Translations under genes and position numbers: made by a program | Part shown: positions 1-10,099 of the stretch, piece by piece | Layout: the number at the start of each line of letters is the position of its first letter | Position numbering within the stretch: position 1 is the stretch's first letter | Origin: Conexivisphaerales archaeon | Lineage (GTDB): Archaea > Thermoproteota > Nitrososphaeria > Conexivisphaerales > DTJL01 | Direction of reading: 5' to 3' | Length of the DNA stretch: 64,000 bases | Assembly (NCBI GenBank): GCA_049509455.1 | Contig: JBEKZX010000002.1 | Span: forward strand, 2,764-66,763 | The notes under the pieces: generated by a model | The model's database searches: none | What the model saw: only the letters and a program-made list of their open reading frames with translations | What the model was told of the DNA's origin: nothing

Positions 1-1187
1 TTCCCCTTTGGCTCATCTTCCTGATGGGAGGCGTCCTCGTCATGCTCGCGGGCCTCGTCTCGCCGGCTCAGGCTCAGTCGGCGGTGGACCTCCGGGTCAT
101 CGCCTTCCTGTTCAGCATGTTCGCGATAACGGCGGGGCTGCAGATATCGGGCGACCTGGACCGCTTCACCCGGTGGATCGTGGGCCACGCCCACAGGCCC
201 GGGGAGCTGGTCCTGTTCGTCTCGGTGGGGTTCGGCCTGGCGTCGTCCGTGCTGATGAACGATACGCTGGCGGTGATGGGGACGCCCATCCTGATAGCCA
301 CCGCCAGGAGCCTGGGAATGAAGGCGAAGCCGCTGCTCCTCACGCTGGCGTTCGCCGTGACCATAGGGAGCGCCCTGACACCCATAGGGAACCCCCAGAA
401 CATGCTGATAGCCGTCGAAAGCGGGATGCCTCAGCCCTTCCTATACTACGTCTATTACCTCCTCCCGTCCACGCTCATCAACATCGGCATCCTCTCGGGC
501 TTCGTCTACCTCGTCTTCCGCAAGGACCTGAAAGCCATGAAGGGGGCTCCCCCGGGCGACGAGCCTCCCTGCGACAGGCGGCTTTCTCTGCTCAGCCGCG
601 CGGCCCTGGCCCTGGCGGTGGGCGGGATGGTCGCCGTCAACGTCCTTTCCCTGGTCGGCCTGAGCTACGACATAGGCATAAGCGAGGTCGCCCTGGCGGC
701 CGCCGCCTTCCTCCTGCTGGCTTCGAAGCGCAGGAGTGAGATCCTGGCGAAGGTCGACTGGGGCGTGCTGGTCATGTTCGCCGGCCTCTTCGTGTTCACC
801 AGGGGGATCTACAACGGCGGCCTCGTCGACTTGATCAAGCCCATCTTCGGATCGTTCACGGGGCTGGAGCTCCTCCTGTTCATAGTGGTCTCCAGCGTGG
901 CCATCAGCCAGATAGTGAGCAACGTCCCCCTGGTGACCCTCCTCCTTCCCCTCTACGCGCAGATCATCCCGGCCACGTCCATCGCCCTGTGGGCGGCCTT
1001 CGCCGGCTCCAGCACCCTGGCGGGGAACGTCACCCTCCTGGGGGCCGCCAGCAACCTGATAATCGTCGAACAGGCCGAGAAGGAGGGGGAGCAGATCGGC
1101 TTCGGCGAATTCCTCAAGCTCGGGATACCCCTGTCGCTGGCCTGCCTGGCCGTCCTGATACTGACCTTCATCCCCTACGCCAAGTAG
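1..1187 (+). CDS. ArsB/NhaD-superfamily (YbiR-like) anion permease, probably 5'-truncated by the window edge
   Basis: 387-aa multi-TM ORF (24..1187) with permease-type motif TIGSALTPIGNPQNMLIA. The frame stays open upstream of the ATG to nt 3. Confidence 0.6.
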   Translation, partial: PLWLIFLMGGVLVMLAGLVSPAQAQSAVDLRVIAFLFSMFAITAGLQISGDLDRFTRWIVGHAHRPGELVLFVSVGFGLASSVLMNDTLAVMGTPILIATARSLGMKAKPLLLTLAFAVTIGSALTPIGNPQNMLIAVESGMPQPFLYYVYYLLPSTLINIGILSGFVYLVFRKDLKAMKGAPPGDEPPCDRRLSLLSRAALALAVGGMVAVNVLSLVGLSYDIGISEVALAAAAFLLLASKRRSEILAKVDWGVLVMFAGLFVFTRGIYNGGLVDLIKPIFGSFTGLELLLFIVVSSVAISQIVSNVPLVTLLLPLYAQIIPATSIALWAAFAGSSTLAGNVTLLGAASNLIIVEQAEKEGEQIGFGEFLKLGIPLSLACLAVLILTFIPYAK

Positions 1188-1319
1188 GCCGTGCTGCGGC
1201 GTGGACAGCTTTCTTTGACCGCCCTCGACGGCCCTGGGGCAGGCGATGGCGGCCCCCCTTGTACCATGGACGCCATTGCTCCGAAGCCCTCATAAGCTCA
1301 GCCGACTTTACATCATCCC

Positions 1320-2123
1320 ATGCCACTGGTATCAGCTGCCATACTCCCCCACGGCGGGGCCGCCATACCGGGCTTCAAGGAAGGTAAGGCCGACTTCTCG
1401 GAGGTCCGAAGAGGCATGAAGGAAGCTGTCGGCATGGTCATGAGCAGGGAGCCGCAGACGGTGGTGATCGCTTCGCCCCACAACATGAGGGTTGAGAATA
1501 ACATGGCCATCGTGACGGCGGAGAACTACGCCGGAAAGTTGGAGGAGGGAAGCAGGAAGGTGACGGTCGCCAGGAAGTGCGATGTCGGGCTCGCCAAGTC
1601 CATCTATGCCATCGCCACGAAGAGGAGGATGCCCGTGGTGGCGGTCAACTTTGGGACGAGCTCCGGTCCCGAATCGAAGATGCCGTTAGACTGGGGGACG
1701 ATGGTCCCCTTATGGTTCTTCCCCAGGAGGGTGAAGGTTGTGGTGGTCACTCCTTCGAGGGAGATTCCCTGGAAGGATTTGATGAAGATGGGCGAATGCA
1801 TAGGTCAGGCCTCTAGGCTGACGCCGACCAGGGTCTCTTTCATCGCCAGCGCCGACCAAGCCCACGCCCACTCGAAGTCCGGCCCCTACGGCTACGACGA
1901 AGCCGCCGACGAATATGATTCAAGGATCGTCAAACTCGTCAAGAGGGATAGGCTCGGTTCTTTGATGCGCTTCGAGCCAGCCCTCATTGAAAGGGCTAAA
2001 CCCGATGGCTTCTGGCAGATGCTCATCCTAATGGGGGCGCTCAAGGGGAAGGGCCTGAAGCCGTCCTGTTATAGCTACTCGTGCCCCACCTACTATGGAA
2101 TGCTTTCAGCCGCCTACGTCTGA
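1320..2123 (+). CDS. LigB-family (class III extradiol dioxygenase-like) protein
   Basis: 267 aa. Motifs are ILPHGG near the N-terminus, ASPHN, PLDWGTMVPLWFF (DHG..PL-like) and IASADQAHAH, which matches the PF02900-type pattern from memory. Confidence 0.5.
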   Translation: MPLVSAAILPHGGAAIPGFKEGKADFSEVRRGMKEAVGMVMSREPQTVVIASPHNMRVENNMAIVTAENYAGKLEEGSRKVTVARKCDVGLAKSIYAIATKRRMPVVAVNFGTSSGPESKMPLDWGTMVPLWFFPRRVKVVVVTPSREIPWKDLMKMGECIGQASRLTPTRVSFIASADQAHAHSKSGPYGYDEAADEYDSRIVKLVKRDRLGSLMRFEPALIERAKPDGFWQMLILMGALKGKGLKPSCYSYSCPTYYGMLSAAYV

Positions 2124-2268
2124 GCGCTGAATGCGTAACGCTCCGTGGCGGCCGACGGCAAGGTCATCCTGAAGAACGGAAAGCTCATCTAGTCGTTTAG
2201 ACTCGCTCCGATTGCGCACTCACGATAAACTTAATTACTAATCTCCGAAGTGATTGATTCAAGTTAAT

Positions 2269-2359
2269 GGCCGCCATCGTATAGTGGTAGTATCGAGGCC
2301 TGTGGTCGCTCTGCGGCAGAAAGCCTTGGGCAGGGGTTCGATTCCCCTTGGCGGCCCCA
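2269..2359 (+). tRNA. tRNA-His(GUG) with encoded G-1, one canonical 37/38 intron (~16 nt) and encoded CCA
   Basis: Hand fold: G-1 + GCCGCCA / UGGCGGC acceptor, GUAU/GUAU D stem, anticodon stem GAGGC/GCCUU with loop CUGUGG|intron|A, and T arm AGGGG-UUCGAUU-CCCCU. C73 is followed by CCA. Confidence 0.8.
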
Positions 2360-2411
2360 CCAAAGCTCCCGCATCCAACTTTAAATCGAGGAAGCCCTCC
2401 TTTTTCGGCGC

Positions 2412-3197
2412 TTGAGAGGGAAAGTGGACCTCAACGCCGACATGGGCGAGTCTTACGGCGCGTTGAAGGTGGGCTCGGACGAGGAGCTGGTCAGGATGGT
2501 TTCGTCGGCCAGCCTGGCCTGCGGCTTCCATGGGGGAGACCCTCTCACCATCGTAAGGGCCATAGAGATGTGCCGCACCAACGGCGTCGATGTCGGCGCC
2601 CATCCCAGCTTCCCCGACCGAGAAGGGTTCGGCAGGAAGGAGATGGAGATGCCCGAGAAGGAGCTAGAGGCTTCGATCCTCTACCAGGTGTCGGCGTTGA
2701 AAGGGGTGTCCGAGTCCCTCGGGGTGAGGCTGCAGCACGTCAAGCCCCACGGCGCCCTCTACAACATGGCCTGGAACAGGGAGGACTACGCGAGAGCCAT
2801 AGTGGAGGCTGTGAGCTCCATCTCGAGAGACCTGATCCTAGTGGTCCCCCCGAATTCGGTGGTCGAAAGAATGGCGCGGTCCGGAGGGCTCGTGGTCGCG
2901 AAGGAGGGGTTCCCCGAGAGGGGCTACCTCGATGACGGAAGGCTGGCGCCCAGGGGGACGGAGGGCGCCCTCATAACCGACCCCAAGGCCGCCGCCGAAC
3001 GAGCCGCCTCGATGGCTACGCAGGGTAGGGTCCTTTCCACGACGGGCAGGGAGGTCGAGATGGAGGTGGACACGCTCTGCGTGCACAGCGACACCCCGGG
3101 CGCCCCGGCCATCGCCAGGGAGATCCGGCGGAGGCTGAAGGAGGAGGGGGTGGAGGTCCTATCCCTGCGCTCACTCCTTGGGGGGCGCCGGCGATGA
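2412..3197 (+). CDS. pxpA: 5-oxoprolinase subunit A (LamB/YcsF family)
   Basis: 261 aa with a TTG start. N-terminal VDLNADMGESYG and ACGFHGGDP are hallmark LamB/YcsF motifs. The stop overlaps the next gene (ATGA at 3194-3197). Confidence 0.85.
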   Translation: MRGKVDLNADMGESYGALKVGSDEELVRMVSSASLACGFHGGDPLTIVRAIEMCRTNGVDVGAHPSFPDREGFGRKEMEMPEKELEASILYQVSALKGVSESLGVRLQHVKPHGALYNMAWNREDYARAIVEAVSSISRDLILVVPPNSVVERMARSGGLVVAKEGFPERGYLDDGRLAPRGTEGALITDPKAAAERAASMATQGRVLSTTGREVEMEVDTLCVHSDTPGAPAIAREIRRRLKEEGVEVLSLRSLLGGRRR

Positions 3198-4843
3198 TCT
3201 ACGACAGGCCCCGCTTCTCCGTGCTGGCGGGAGAGGTCCTGCACATCGAAGTCGGAGACGAGATAAGCCTCCCCTGCAGCGCCAAGGTGCGTAACCTGTC
3301 CGCGGCGCTTTCAGCGTTGGAGGGCGTGAGCGAAGTGACGCCCGCCTACGGGAGCCTGGCGGCCAGGGTCGACACGATGTCCACCAAGATGGCATCGGTC
3401 ATCAGGGCGGCCGAGAGGGCTTGGGCTCGGCGGACCGCCGGCGAGAGCGAGGGGAAGCTGGTCAAGGTCCCCGTCTGTTATGAAGGGGCGTTCGCCCCGG
3501 ACCTGGATTGGGTGGCCCAGAAGGCCGGGCTCAAGACGGAGGAGGTCGTGGCGTTGCACTCCTCCAAGGAGTACACCTGCATGATGATGGGCTTCTCGCC
3601 AGGGTTCGTCTATCTCGACGAAGTGGATCCCAGGATAAGGGCGGATAGGCTGGAGTCGCCTAGGACCAAGGTGCCGGCGGGGTCGGTGGGGGTGGCAGGA
3701 GCCCAGACCGGCATCTACGGCCTGGAGACGCCGGGCGGCTGGCGGCTCGTCGGGAGGACGCCGCTGACTATGTTCAACCCGCGGGCCTCGCCTCCGACGC
3801 CCATCGCCCCCGGTGATCGCGTGAAGTTCGAGCCGGTATCGTCCGATGAATTCAAGTTCATAAGGAAGGCTTCCCCGCCGTGGGCCCCTCCAGCCGCAGG
3901 CATCCCCGCCCTCGAAGTCAGGCAGCCTGGCCTGTTCGCGACGCTGCAGGACATGGGGAGGCCCTCCTTCAGGCATCTGGGCGTCCCGTGTTCGGGCGGG
4001 CTCGACCTAGTCTCTCAGCTGCAGTCGAACTACGTAGTCGGCAATCCGGGGCGGTCCCCGGTGATCGAAGTGATGGGGGGGTTCTTCGGGATCAAGGCGC
4101 TGGTGGACGTCGTCGTGGCCGTCACAGGGCCTGACTGCGAGCTGACGGTGAGCGGGGAGAAGGCCGAGACCTACTCCCCCCTTCTGCTCGGCGAGGGAGT
4201 TGAGCTGTCGATAGGGAGGACGGCGGGCCTCCTGAATTACGTCGCCGTGGCCGGAGAGCTTGTCGCGGACAACGTCATGGGAAGCTGTTCGACGTATTCC
4301 AGGGGCGGGTTCGGGGGTTATTCCGGGAGGTCGTTCAAAGCCAACGACGTCCTGAGCGTCGAGGGCCTGTCCGACCATGTCCTCATGCGCAGCGTCCCGC
4401 TCGAAAGAAGGACGGAGTTCACAGATGCCAAGCCCGTCAAGGCGGTGAGGAGCACCCTTCACGACGGCGGACCCGCCATGGGAGATTCAATTTTTGACCA
4501 GGAGTTCACCGTGAGCGAATCCTCCGACAGGACCGGGTATCGTTTGAAGCGTGCCGGAAGGGCTCCCGGTGCCACCGGTCAGGTGCTGACGTATCCCACG
4601 TTTCCTGGCTACGTTCAGATCCCACCCGACGGCTCCCCCATCGTCCTGCAGCAGGATTGCCCGACCACCGGCGGATATCAGCTGGCGGCAGCCATGATGC
4701 CCTCGGAGATGGGGAGGTTCTCGCAGTTGAAGCCAGGTTCGAAGGTGCGATTCGAAGAGGTCGACCAAGAGGCCGCGGCGAAGCTCTCAATCGGATTCCG
4801 GAAGGCCCTTCAGGGATACGCCTTCAGAGGCCCGGGGCTCTGA
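3194..4843 (+). CDS. Fused 5-oxoprolinase subunits B and C (KipI/KipA, allophanate-hydrolase subunit 1+2 domains)
   Basis: 549 aa. The N half is PxpB-like (MMGFSPGFVYL, GSVGVAGAQTGIY). The C half is PxpC-like (ALEVRQPGLFATLQDMGR, TGGYQ). It is translationally coupled to pxpA. Confidence 0.8.
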   Translation: MIYDRPRFSVLAGEVLHIEVGDEISLPCSAKVRNLSAALSALEGVSEVTPAYGSLAARVDTMSTKMASVIRAAERAWARRTAGESEGKLVKVPVCYEGAFAPDLDWVAQKAGLKTEEVVALHSSKEYTCMMMGFSPGFVYLDEVDPRIRADRLESPRTKVPAGSVGVAGAQTGIYGLETPGGWRLVGRTPLTMFNPRASPPTPIAPGDRVKFEPVSSDEFKFIRKASPPWAPPAAGIPALEVRQPGLFATLQDMGRPSFRHLGVPCSGGLDLVSQLQSNYVVGNPGRSPVIEVMGGFFGIKALVDVVVAVTGPDCELTVSGEKAETYSPLLLGEGVELSIGRTAGLLNYVAVAGELVADNVMGSCSTYSRGGFGGYSGRSFKANDVLSVEGLSDHVLMRSVPLERRTEFTDAKPVKAVRSTLHDGGPAMGDSIFDQEFTVSESSDRTGYRLKRAGRAPGATGQVLTYPTFPGYVQIPPDGSPIVLQQDCPTTGGYQLAAAMMPSEMGRFSQLKPGSKVRFEEVDQEAAAKLSIGFRKALQGYAFRGPGL

Positions 4844-4925
4844 TGGGCTGAGCGCTCAGAGTTGTCCCATTGGAGCGGGCCAAGCGCCGTGAGACGGGCC
4901 CCTCGACCGGCATGCTTTTAGGGAG

Positions 4926-5645
4926 TTGAAAGGGCGTCCCATGGCGAGCTTGTCAGCCGAGAGCCTCCCATCGCCGGAGACGCTTGCCTCCATGATTCAT
5001 AACACACTGGTTAATCCTGAGGCCTCTTGGAAGGAGCTTCAGGAGTTCGTCCTGAAGTCGGCTGACTGCGGCTTCTGGGCGGTCGTGGTGCAGGGTCGCT
5101 GGGCCAGAGAAGCCAAGGAGCTCGTCAAAGGGTCGGACGTCCGCATGTCGGTCGGCGTGGGGTTCCCGATGGGTGAAGGTTCCATGGAATCCAAGAAGGC
5201 AGAAATTGAGCAGGCCCTCGCGGCTGGCGCAGACCTCTTTGATTTTGTGCCGAACATGAGTTATCTGAAGTCGGGCATGTATGACAGGTTCGGCATGGAG
5301 ATGGCCGAGATAGTGAAGGCCGCCGAGGGGAGGCCCGTGAGCGCCGCGCTCGAGTACCCCCTGCTGAACCTCGACGAGAAGGTCAGGGCCGCTATGCTGG
5401 CACAGGAAGCCGGCGTTATGATAGTGGGGAACTCAAGTATCTGGGGGAGGGCCGAACCCGCCATGGTGGGCGATATAATGCTCCTCCGAAGCATAACGAG
5501 CAGCAGGACGAAGGTGAAAGCGTCGGGAGGGGTCCATGACCTCGACGCCGCGCTCAGATTGATCGGCGCGGGGGCGGACTTCGTCGGGACCGGCTCAGGC
5601 GTATCGATAATTGACGAACTAAGACGGAGGACCGCAGGGAGATGA
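4926..5645 (+). CDS. deoC: Deoxyribose-phosphate aldolase (DeoC) family protein
   Basis: 239 aa. Motifs are IHNTLVNPEAS, VGVGFPMGEG and VKASGGV...GADFVGTGSG, a DeoC class I aldolase pattern. The start may be the ATG at 4941 rather than the TTG at 4926. Confidence 0.65.
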   Translation: MKGRPMASLSAESLPSPETLASMIHNTLVNPEASWKELQEFVLKSADCGFWAVVVQGRWAREAKELVKGSDVRMSVGVGFPMGEGSMESKKAEIEQALAAGADLFDFVPNMSYLKSGMYDRFGMEMAEIVKAAEGRPVSAALEYPLLNLDEKVRAAMLAQEAGVMIVGNSSIWGRAEPAMVGDIMLLRSITSSRTKVKASGGVHDLDAALRLIGAGADFVGTGSGVSIIDELRRRTAGR

Positions 5646-5815
5646 CCAAGATGGTGGCCATGGGGGGTCGCAACGGAGGGCTCTTCGGATGGGAGCTGGA
5701 CGAATCCACGATGAATGACGCTCTGGAATGACCGCTTCGTGTGCGGCCTCCCCCGCGGGAGCGCCGCTACAAATCTTCCGTAGAATAAATATCGTGGTAG
5801 CGCGAGGAGGTCCTT

Positions 5816-6136
5816 GTGCAGTACTTCGATGCCGTCCAGGTCGGGCAGAGGAGGAGCGACGACGCGGAGAAGCTCCTGGCCAAATACACTCAGTTCGCGA
5901 GGGCCTCCATATTCCTGAAGGATAAGAAGGGAAGCTTCGAGCCCGTCGGCGAAGAGAACCTCTATGCCGTGGTCGAAATAAACCCTGGCACCGTCATGGT
6001 GGCGCTCGTGGACGGGGAGGGGAACGCGAAGGCCATGTCGTCCTACATCGGGAAGATTAGGTCGCAGCAGATCATCAAGCAGATCGAGCTCGACGGTATC
6101 AAGAAGTTCGAAGGGAAGGTCAACCTCCCCGTCTGA
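5816..6136 (+). CDS. Hypothetical small protein (possibly Roadblock/LC7-like)
   Basis: 106-aa ORF with a GTG start and protein-like composition. AT-rich aataaata lies ~25 nt upstream. The 302-aa antisense ORF 5261..6169 overlaps deoC and is taken as a shadow. Confidence 0.35.
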   Translation: MQYFDAVQVGQRRSDDAEKLLAKYTQFARASIFLKDKKGSFEPVGEENLYAVVEINPGTVMVALVDGEGNAKAMSSYIGKIRSQQIIKQIELDGIKKFEGKVNLPV

Positions 6137-6149
6137 GCAGAGTCTCGGC

Positions 6150-6389
6150 CTAGCGCTGCAGGAAGGCAACGTAGGCGCCGTAGCCGGTCCTGTCCACGGC
6201 TTCCCTGATCTCCTCTACTCTGACCTTCGAAGGGTCGTAGTCGACGAACACCTTGTTCAGCATCACAGCTACCCTGACGTCCGAGACGCCGTCCAGCTTC
6301 TTCGTCTGCTTCTCGATGGCCATGGCGCAGGTGGCACAGCTGATCTCCCTGACGAGGAAGGCCGCCCTGGACCGTTTGCCGTGCGTCAG
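6150..6389 (-). CDS. HMA (CopZ-like) metal-binding domain with no ATG/GTG/TTG start, probably a frameshifted C-terminal metal-binding domain of copA
   Basis: Hand translation of the minus strand gives ...RSRAAFLVREISCATCAMAIEKQTKKLDGVSDVRVAVMLNKVFVDYDPSKVRVEEIREAVDRTGYGAYVAFLQR*. The CxxC is at 6327-6338 and the stop at 6150-6152. The frame is -1 relative to copA and remains open back across the copA stop (6395-6397). Confidence 0.6.
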   Translation of the reverse strand: MTHGKRSRAAFLVREISCATCAMAIEKQTKKLDGVSDVRVAVMLNKVFVDYDPSKVRVEEIREAVDRTGYGAYVAFLQR

Positions 6390-6394
6390 GTGGC

Positions 6395-8479
6395 TTACGC
6401 CTCCTTCGCCTTGAACCTGAACAGCGTCAGCGAGTTGCTCACTACGGTCACCGAGCTCAACGCCATGGCCCCTGCGGCGAGGAAGGGGAGGGTGTTGTAG
6501 ATTCCTATGCCGAAGAGGGGCACCAGAGCGCCTGCGGCGATGGGTATGAGCAGGACGTTGTAGGCGAAGGCCCAGAACAGGTTCTGCCTGATCTTCGATA
6601 GGGTGCTCCTGCTCAGCCTGATGGCGGTCGCTACGTCACTCAGGTCCTCCCCGATCAGCACGATGCCGCCGGTCTCCTTGGCGATGTCGGTTCCGCTGCC
6701 GATGGCGATGCCCACGTCGGCCTTGGCCAGGGCCGGAGCGTCGTTGATGCCGTCCCCCACCATGGCCACCACGAGGCCCTCCTTCTGGAGCGATTCGATG
6801 GCCTCCTCCTTCTGCTGGGGGAGGACATCGGCGACGTAACGGTCGATGCCCGTCGACTTCGCAATGGCCGCGGCCACCCTGGCGTTGTCACCGGTGACCA
6901 TTATCACGCTTACGTTGAGCTTCTTCAAGGCGCTGACGGCGTTCGCGGCTGACGGCTTGAGCGTGTCGGCCACGCCGATCAAGCCGACGATCCTGCCGTC
7001 AACCGACAAGATCATCACCGTCTTTCCCTGCCGTTCCAGCCCATCAATCTTCGCATCTACGGCGGGAAGCCCTTCGTGATTGGCGAAGTTCTTCCTGTTG
7101 CCCAGAAAGACGTTCTTTCCGTCGACTTCGGCCCTGACGCCGCTTCCGGTCACCGCTTCGAAACCCTTCGTTTCGAGGAGCTGCAACGCCCTTGACGACG
7201 ACTCGGCCACTATAGCCCTGGCCAGGGGGTGCTCTGAGGCCTTCTCGACCGAGCCGGCGATCCTCGCTATGGTGTCGGCGTCGAGGTTCGCTGTCGGCAC
7301 AACGTCGGTGACAGATGGCCTGCCGACGGTGAGGGTCCCCGTCTTGTCGAAGGCCACGGCGTTGACCTTGGCCGCGCGCTCAAGGTACTCCCCACCCTTG
7401 ATCAGTATGCCGTTCTCGGCACCTTTGCTCGTCCCCACCAGCAGCGCCGCGGGCGTCGCTATTCCCAGGGCGCAGGGGCAGGCGATGACGACGACGGAGA
7501 CGAATATCAGGACGGCGAAGTTCGGCGCCACATGCCCAAAGAGTAGCCAAGCCACCCCGGCGATCACTGCGACAGAGACGACCATGGGAACGAAGTAGGA
7601 GGCGATCCTGTCGGCCAGGCGCTGGATGGGGGCCCTGCCGACCTGGGCTTCTTCGACCAGCCTGACGATCTGGGAGAGGGTCGTATCCTGGCCGACCTTA
7701 TCGGCCCTGACCTTGAGGAGCCCGGTCATGTTGAGGGTGGCGCCGATGACCTGGTCACCTTCCGCCTTCTCCGCGGGGATGCTCTCCCCCGTCACAGCCG
7801 ATTCGTCCACGGTCGACGGGCCTTGGATGACGACTCCGTCCACCGGGACCTTTTCGCCGGGCTTCACGAGGAGGATGTCGCCAACCTCCACATGTTCTAC
7901 GGGGACCTCCTCCTCCACGCCACCCTTCAGCCTGCGGGCCATCGTCGGCTGGAGGTCCATCAGCTTCCTGACGGCGTCGGAGGCGCGGGCCTTGGTGACG
8001 TGCTCGAGGTAGTTCCCGGCTAGGATCAGCGTTATGATGACGGCTGAAGTGTCGAAGTAGACGCTCGTCGTCGGGGCCAGCTTGGGGAACAGGGTCACCG
8101 CGTAGGAGTATGCCCACGCCGCGCTGGTTCCCAGGGCTATCAGCACGTCCATGTTCCCCATCCTGTTCCTGATGCTATCGTAGGTCCCCCTGTAGAACCG
8201 CCAACCCACGATGAACTGTACCGGCGTGTCCAGGATCAAGAGGATATAATTAGACGGCCGGGGAGGGAACAGGGCCAGATATGTAACGAGCAGGATGGGC
8301 ACGGTGAGGACCCCCGACGCGACGAGAGAGTACTTCAGGATCTTGAGGGCCCGCTCCGGAGCTACGAATTGCTGCAGACATGTCTCGCTACAGAAGTAGT
8401 AGGTGGTCCCCCTTACTGTAGCCTTGAGCTCGGCCGTCGTCTCGTCCACGAACATGCCGCACACGGGATCTTTTGCCAA
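6395..8479 (-). CDS. copA: Copper-translocating P1B-type ATPase with N-terminal TRASH/YHS-type domain
   Basis: 694 aa. Motifs are N-terminal CGMFVD...YYFCSETC, a CPC transmembrane motif ([11 protein letters not shown]), DKTGTLT and GDGINDAP. Confidence 0.9.
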   Translation of the reverse strand: MAKDPVCGMFVDETTAELKATVRGTTYYFCSETCLQQFVAPERALKILKYSLVASGVLTVPILLVTYLALFPPRPSNYILLILDTPVQFIVGWRFYRGTYDSIRNRMGNMDVLIALGTSAAWAYSYAVTLFPKLAPTTSVYFDTSAVIITLILAGNYLEHVTKARASDAVRKLMDLQPTMARRLKGGVEEEVPVEHVEVGDILLVKPGEKVPVDGVVIQGPSTVDESAVTGESIPAEKAEGDQVIGATLNMTGLLKVRADKVGQDTTLSQIVRLVEEAQVGRAPIQRLADRIASYFVPMVVSVAVIAGVAWLLFGHVAPNFAVLIFVSVVVIACPCALGIATPAALLVGTSKGAENGILIKGGEYLERAAKVNAVAFDKTGTLTVGRPSVTDVVPTANLDADTIARIAGSVEKASEHPLARAIVAESSSRALQLLETKGFEAVTGSGVRAEVDGKNVFLGNRKNFANHEGLPAVDAKIDGLERQGKTVMILSVDGRIVGLIGVADTLKPSAANAVSALKKLNVSVIMVTGDNARVAAAIAKSTGIDRYVADVLPQQKEEAIESLQKEGLVVAMVGDGINDAPALAKADVGIAIGSGTDIAKETGGIVLIGEDLSDVATAIRLSRSTLSKIRQNLFWAFAYNVLLIPIAAGALVPLFGIGIYNTLPFLAAGAMALSSVTVVSNSLTLFRFKAKEA

Positions 8480-8540
8480 AGAGTGAAGTGCACAACGGAT
8501 TGGGAGCTTAAAACGGTTTCAACAGATGCCATCGACATGG

Positions 8541-8993
8541 CTACTTTCGACGTTCGGAGGGGAGCCCTAGGACCAGCCTGACCGAGGATTCGATCTCATC
8601 AGCGACCTCCTCGTAGCTCACCTCCCCCTTGGAGGGGTCGTCTAAGTCTTGGGGGCTGTTCTTGGCGTATTCGCTCAGCGTGAACACCCTGCCCAAAAGG
8701 AAGGGGTGCTTGGAGAGTATCCTCTCCTTCTGCGACCTGGTCATGGTCAACACCATGTCCTTCGGACCTATGTCGGGTCGGAAGACCTTGGACCTGTGCG
8801 AAGTGAGGTCGACCCCCCTAGCCTTCATCGTCTCAATGGTCTCCTCCGTCGCCGGCATCCCTGCGAGGGCATCGAGGCCAGAGGAGTCCACCTTAACCTT
8901 GGAGATGTTGTTGTCGTGTAAGAGCTTCCGAGTGATGCCTTCCGCCATGGGGCTCCTGCAGGCGTTGGCCGAGCAGACGAACAGTATCTTCAT
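8541..8993 (-). CDS. Low-molecular-weight protein-tyrosine phosphatase / ArsC-type reductase family
   Basis: 150 aa. The N-terminal MKILFVCSANACRSPMAEG carries the CX5R(S/T) P-loop. Confidence 0.8.
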   Translation of the reverse strand: MKILFVCSANACRSPMAEGITRKLLHDNNISKVKVDSSGLDALAGMPATEETIETMKARGVDLTSHRSKVFRPDIGPKDMVLTMTRSQKERILSKHPFLLGRVFTLSEYAKNSPQDLDDPSKGEVSYEEVADEIESSVRLVLGLPSERRK

Positions 8994-9053
8994 GAATCTC
9001 CAAGGTGAGCGCGACCGGCAATATAGGGATGCCGCTATCCTATTCGAAGGGTC

Positions 9054-9947
9054 TCAATCGCTCCTGCTGATTAGGATTATCCCGGCGAAAAGGATGGCCC
9101 CGCCGACGATCTGAACCGATGTGATGGGCTCTCCGAGAAGGACGTGGGCGTAGAGAGTCCCGAAGAGAGAGCCGGTAGAGAATACCAAGAGGCTCCTGAC
9201 CGCCCCGATCCTGCTGAGCGCAAGGTAGAGGAAGGCCGTGGTGAGGCCGACGGGGATTATCCCAATGAGCACAATGTAAGGAATCGTGGAGGCCTCAATC
9301 GAGATGTTCTGCCCTGAGACCAAGATGAACGCTAGGAGCGTGAGCCCGCCAACGAGATTCCTCCACTTTGCCATTACTATGGCGTCTACGTGTAGGCTCA
9401 GCTTTCGGACGAGGTTGTTTTCGATGCTCCAGGATAATGTCGCCCCGAGGATGAAGAGGCTGCCGGCGAGGTTACTCAGAAGGGACGTGGCATGCAGGTT
9501 GAGGTTTGTGGAGATGGCTACGATGCCTGCCACCACGAGCAGGCTGGCGAAGTACTGGCGGCGGCTGAGAGACTCTTTGAAGATCGCTATCGCTATGATT
9601 GAAGTGAACAGGAGCTCGCCGTTGGAGAGAAGGGCTGTGCTCACAGCAGACGTGAGCCTGAGGCCGCTGTAGAAGAGGATGGGCCCGATGATAGCTCCAC
9701 ACAGGGTGACCAGGGCGAAGAGCGGAAGGCTCCCGCGGTCAATCTTGGCTGTGGGCCTATAGGCAAACAACATTAGACCGCCGACTGTGGCGGCAGAAGA
9801 GGCTATGAGGATGGGACTGGCTGAGCCCAAGGCTAACTTGCCCAGCGCGGAGGCCGAGCCATAGCCTAGGGCCGCCAGAAAGGCGAAGATGTATCCCTGG
9901 AGTCGTCTATTATGTTGTTCGAGCTGCAATCCTTCGTTTGTAACCAA
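9054..9947 (-). CDS. EamA/DMT-family transporter
   Basis: 297 aa with about 10 hydrophobic segments arranged as two EamA-like halves. Confidence 0.65.
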   Translation of the reverse strand: MVTNEGLQLEQHNRRLQGYIFAFLAALGYGSASALGKLALGSASPILIASSAATVGGLMLFAYRPTAKIDRGSLPLFALVTLCGAIIGPILFYSGLRLTSAVSTALLSNGELLFTSIIAIAIFKESLSRRQYFASLLVVAGIVAISTNLNLHATSLLSNLAGSLFILGATLSWSIENNLVRKLSLHVDAIVMAKWRNLVGGLTLLAFILVSGQNISIEASTIPYIVLIGIIPVGLTTAFLYLALSRIGAVRSLLVFSTGSLFGTLYAHVLLGEPITSVQIVGGAILFAGIILISRSD

Positions 9948-10099
9948 TCTCGTCGTGCTTGAAAGGCTCCTTATGCTTTTCTGGGCGAATATGGCGAGGG
10001 CCGAATAGGGCGTTATTGAGTTCGTTGTACGTGGGGCGGAAGGGAGGCGTCAACCAATGGGTTTTTAGCCGGCTTAGTGATAGAGAGCAAACGATAGGC

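Noticed and set aside
8-8117. Many long ORFs overlapping or antisense to the called genes in the GC-rich block. Examples: 8..739, 74..403, 989..1387, 2348..2935, 3311..3976, 4007..4462, 5261..6169, 7080..7598, 7755..8117.
   Set aside because: They are Arg/Pro/Gly/Ala-rich shadow frames typical of high-GC DNA. Each overlaps a gene with clear family motifs on another frame or strand.
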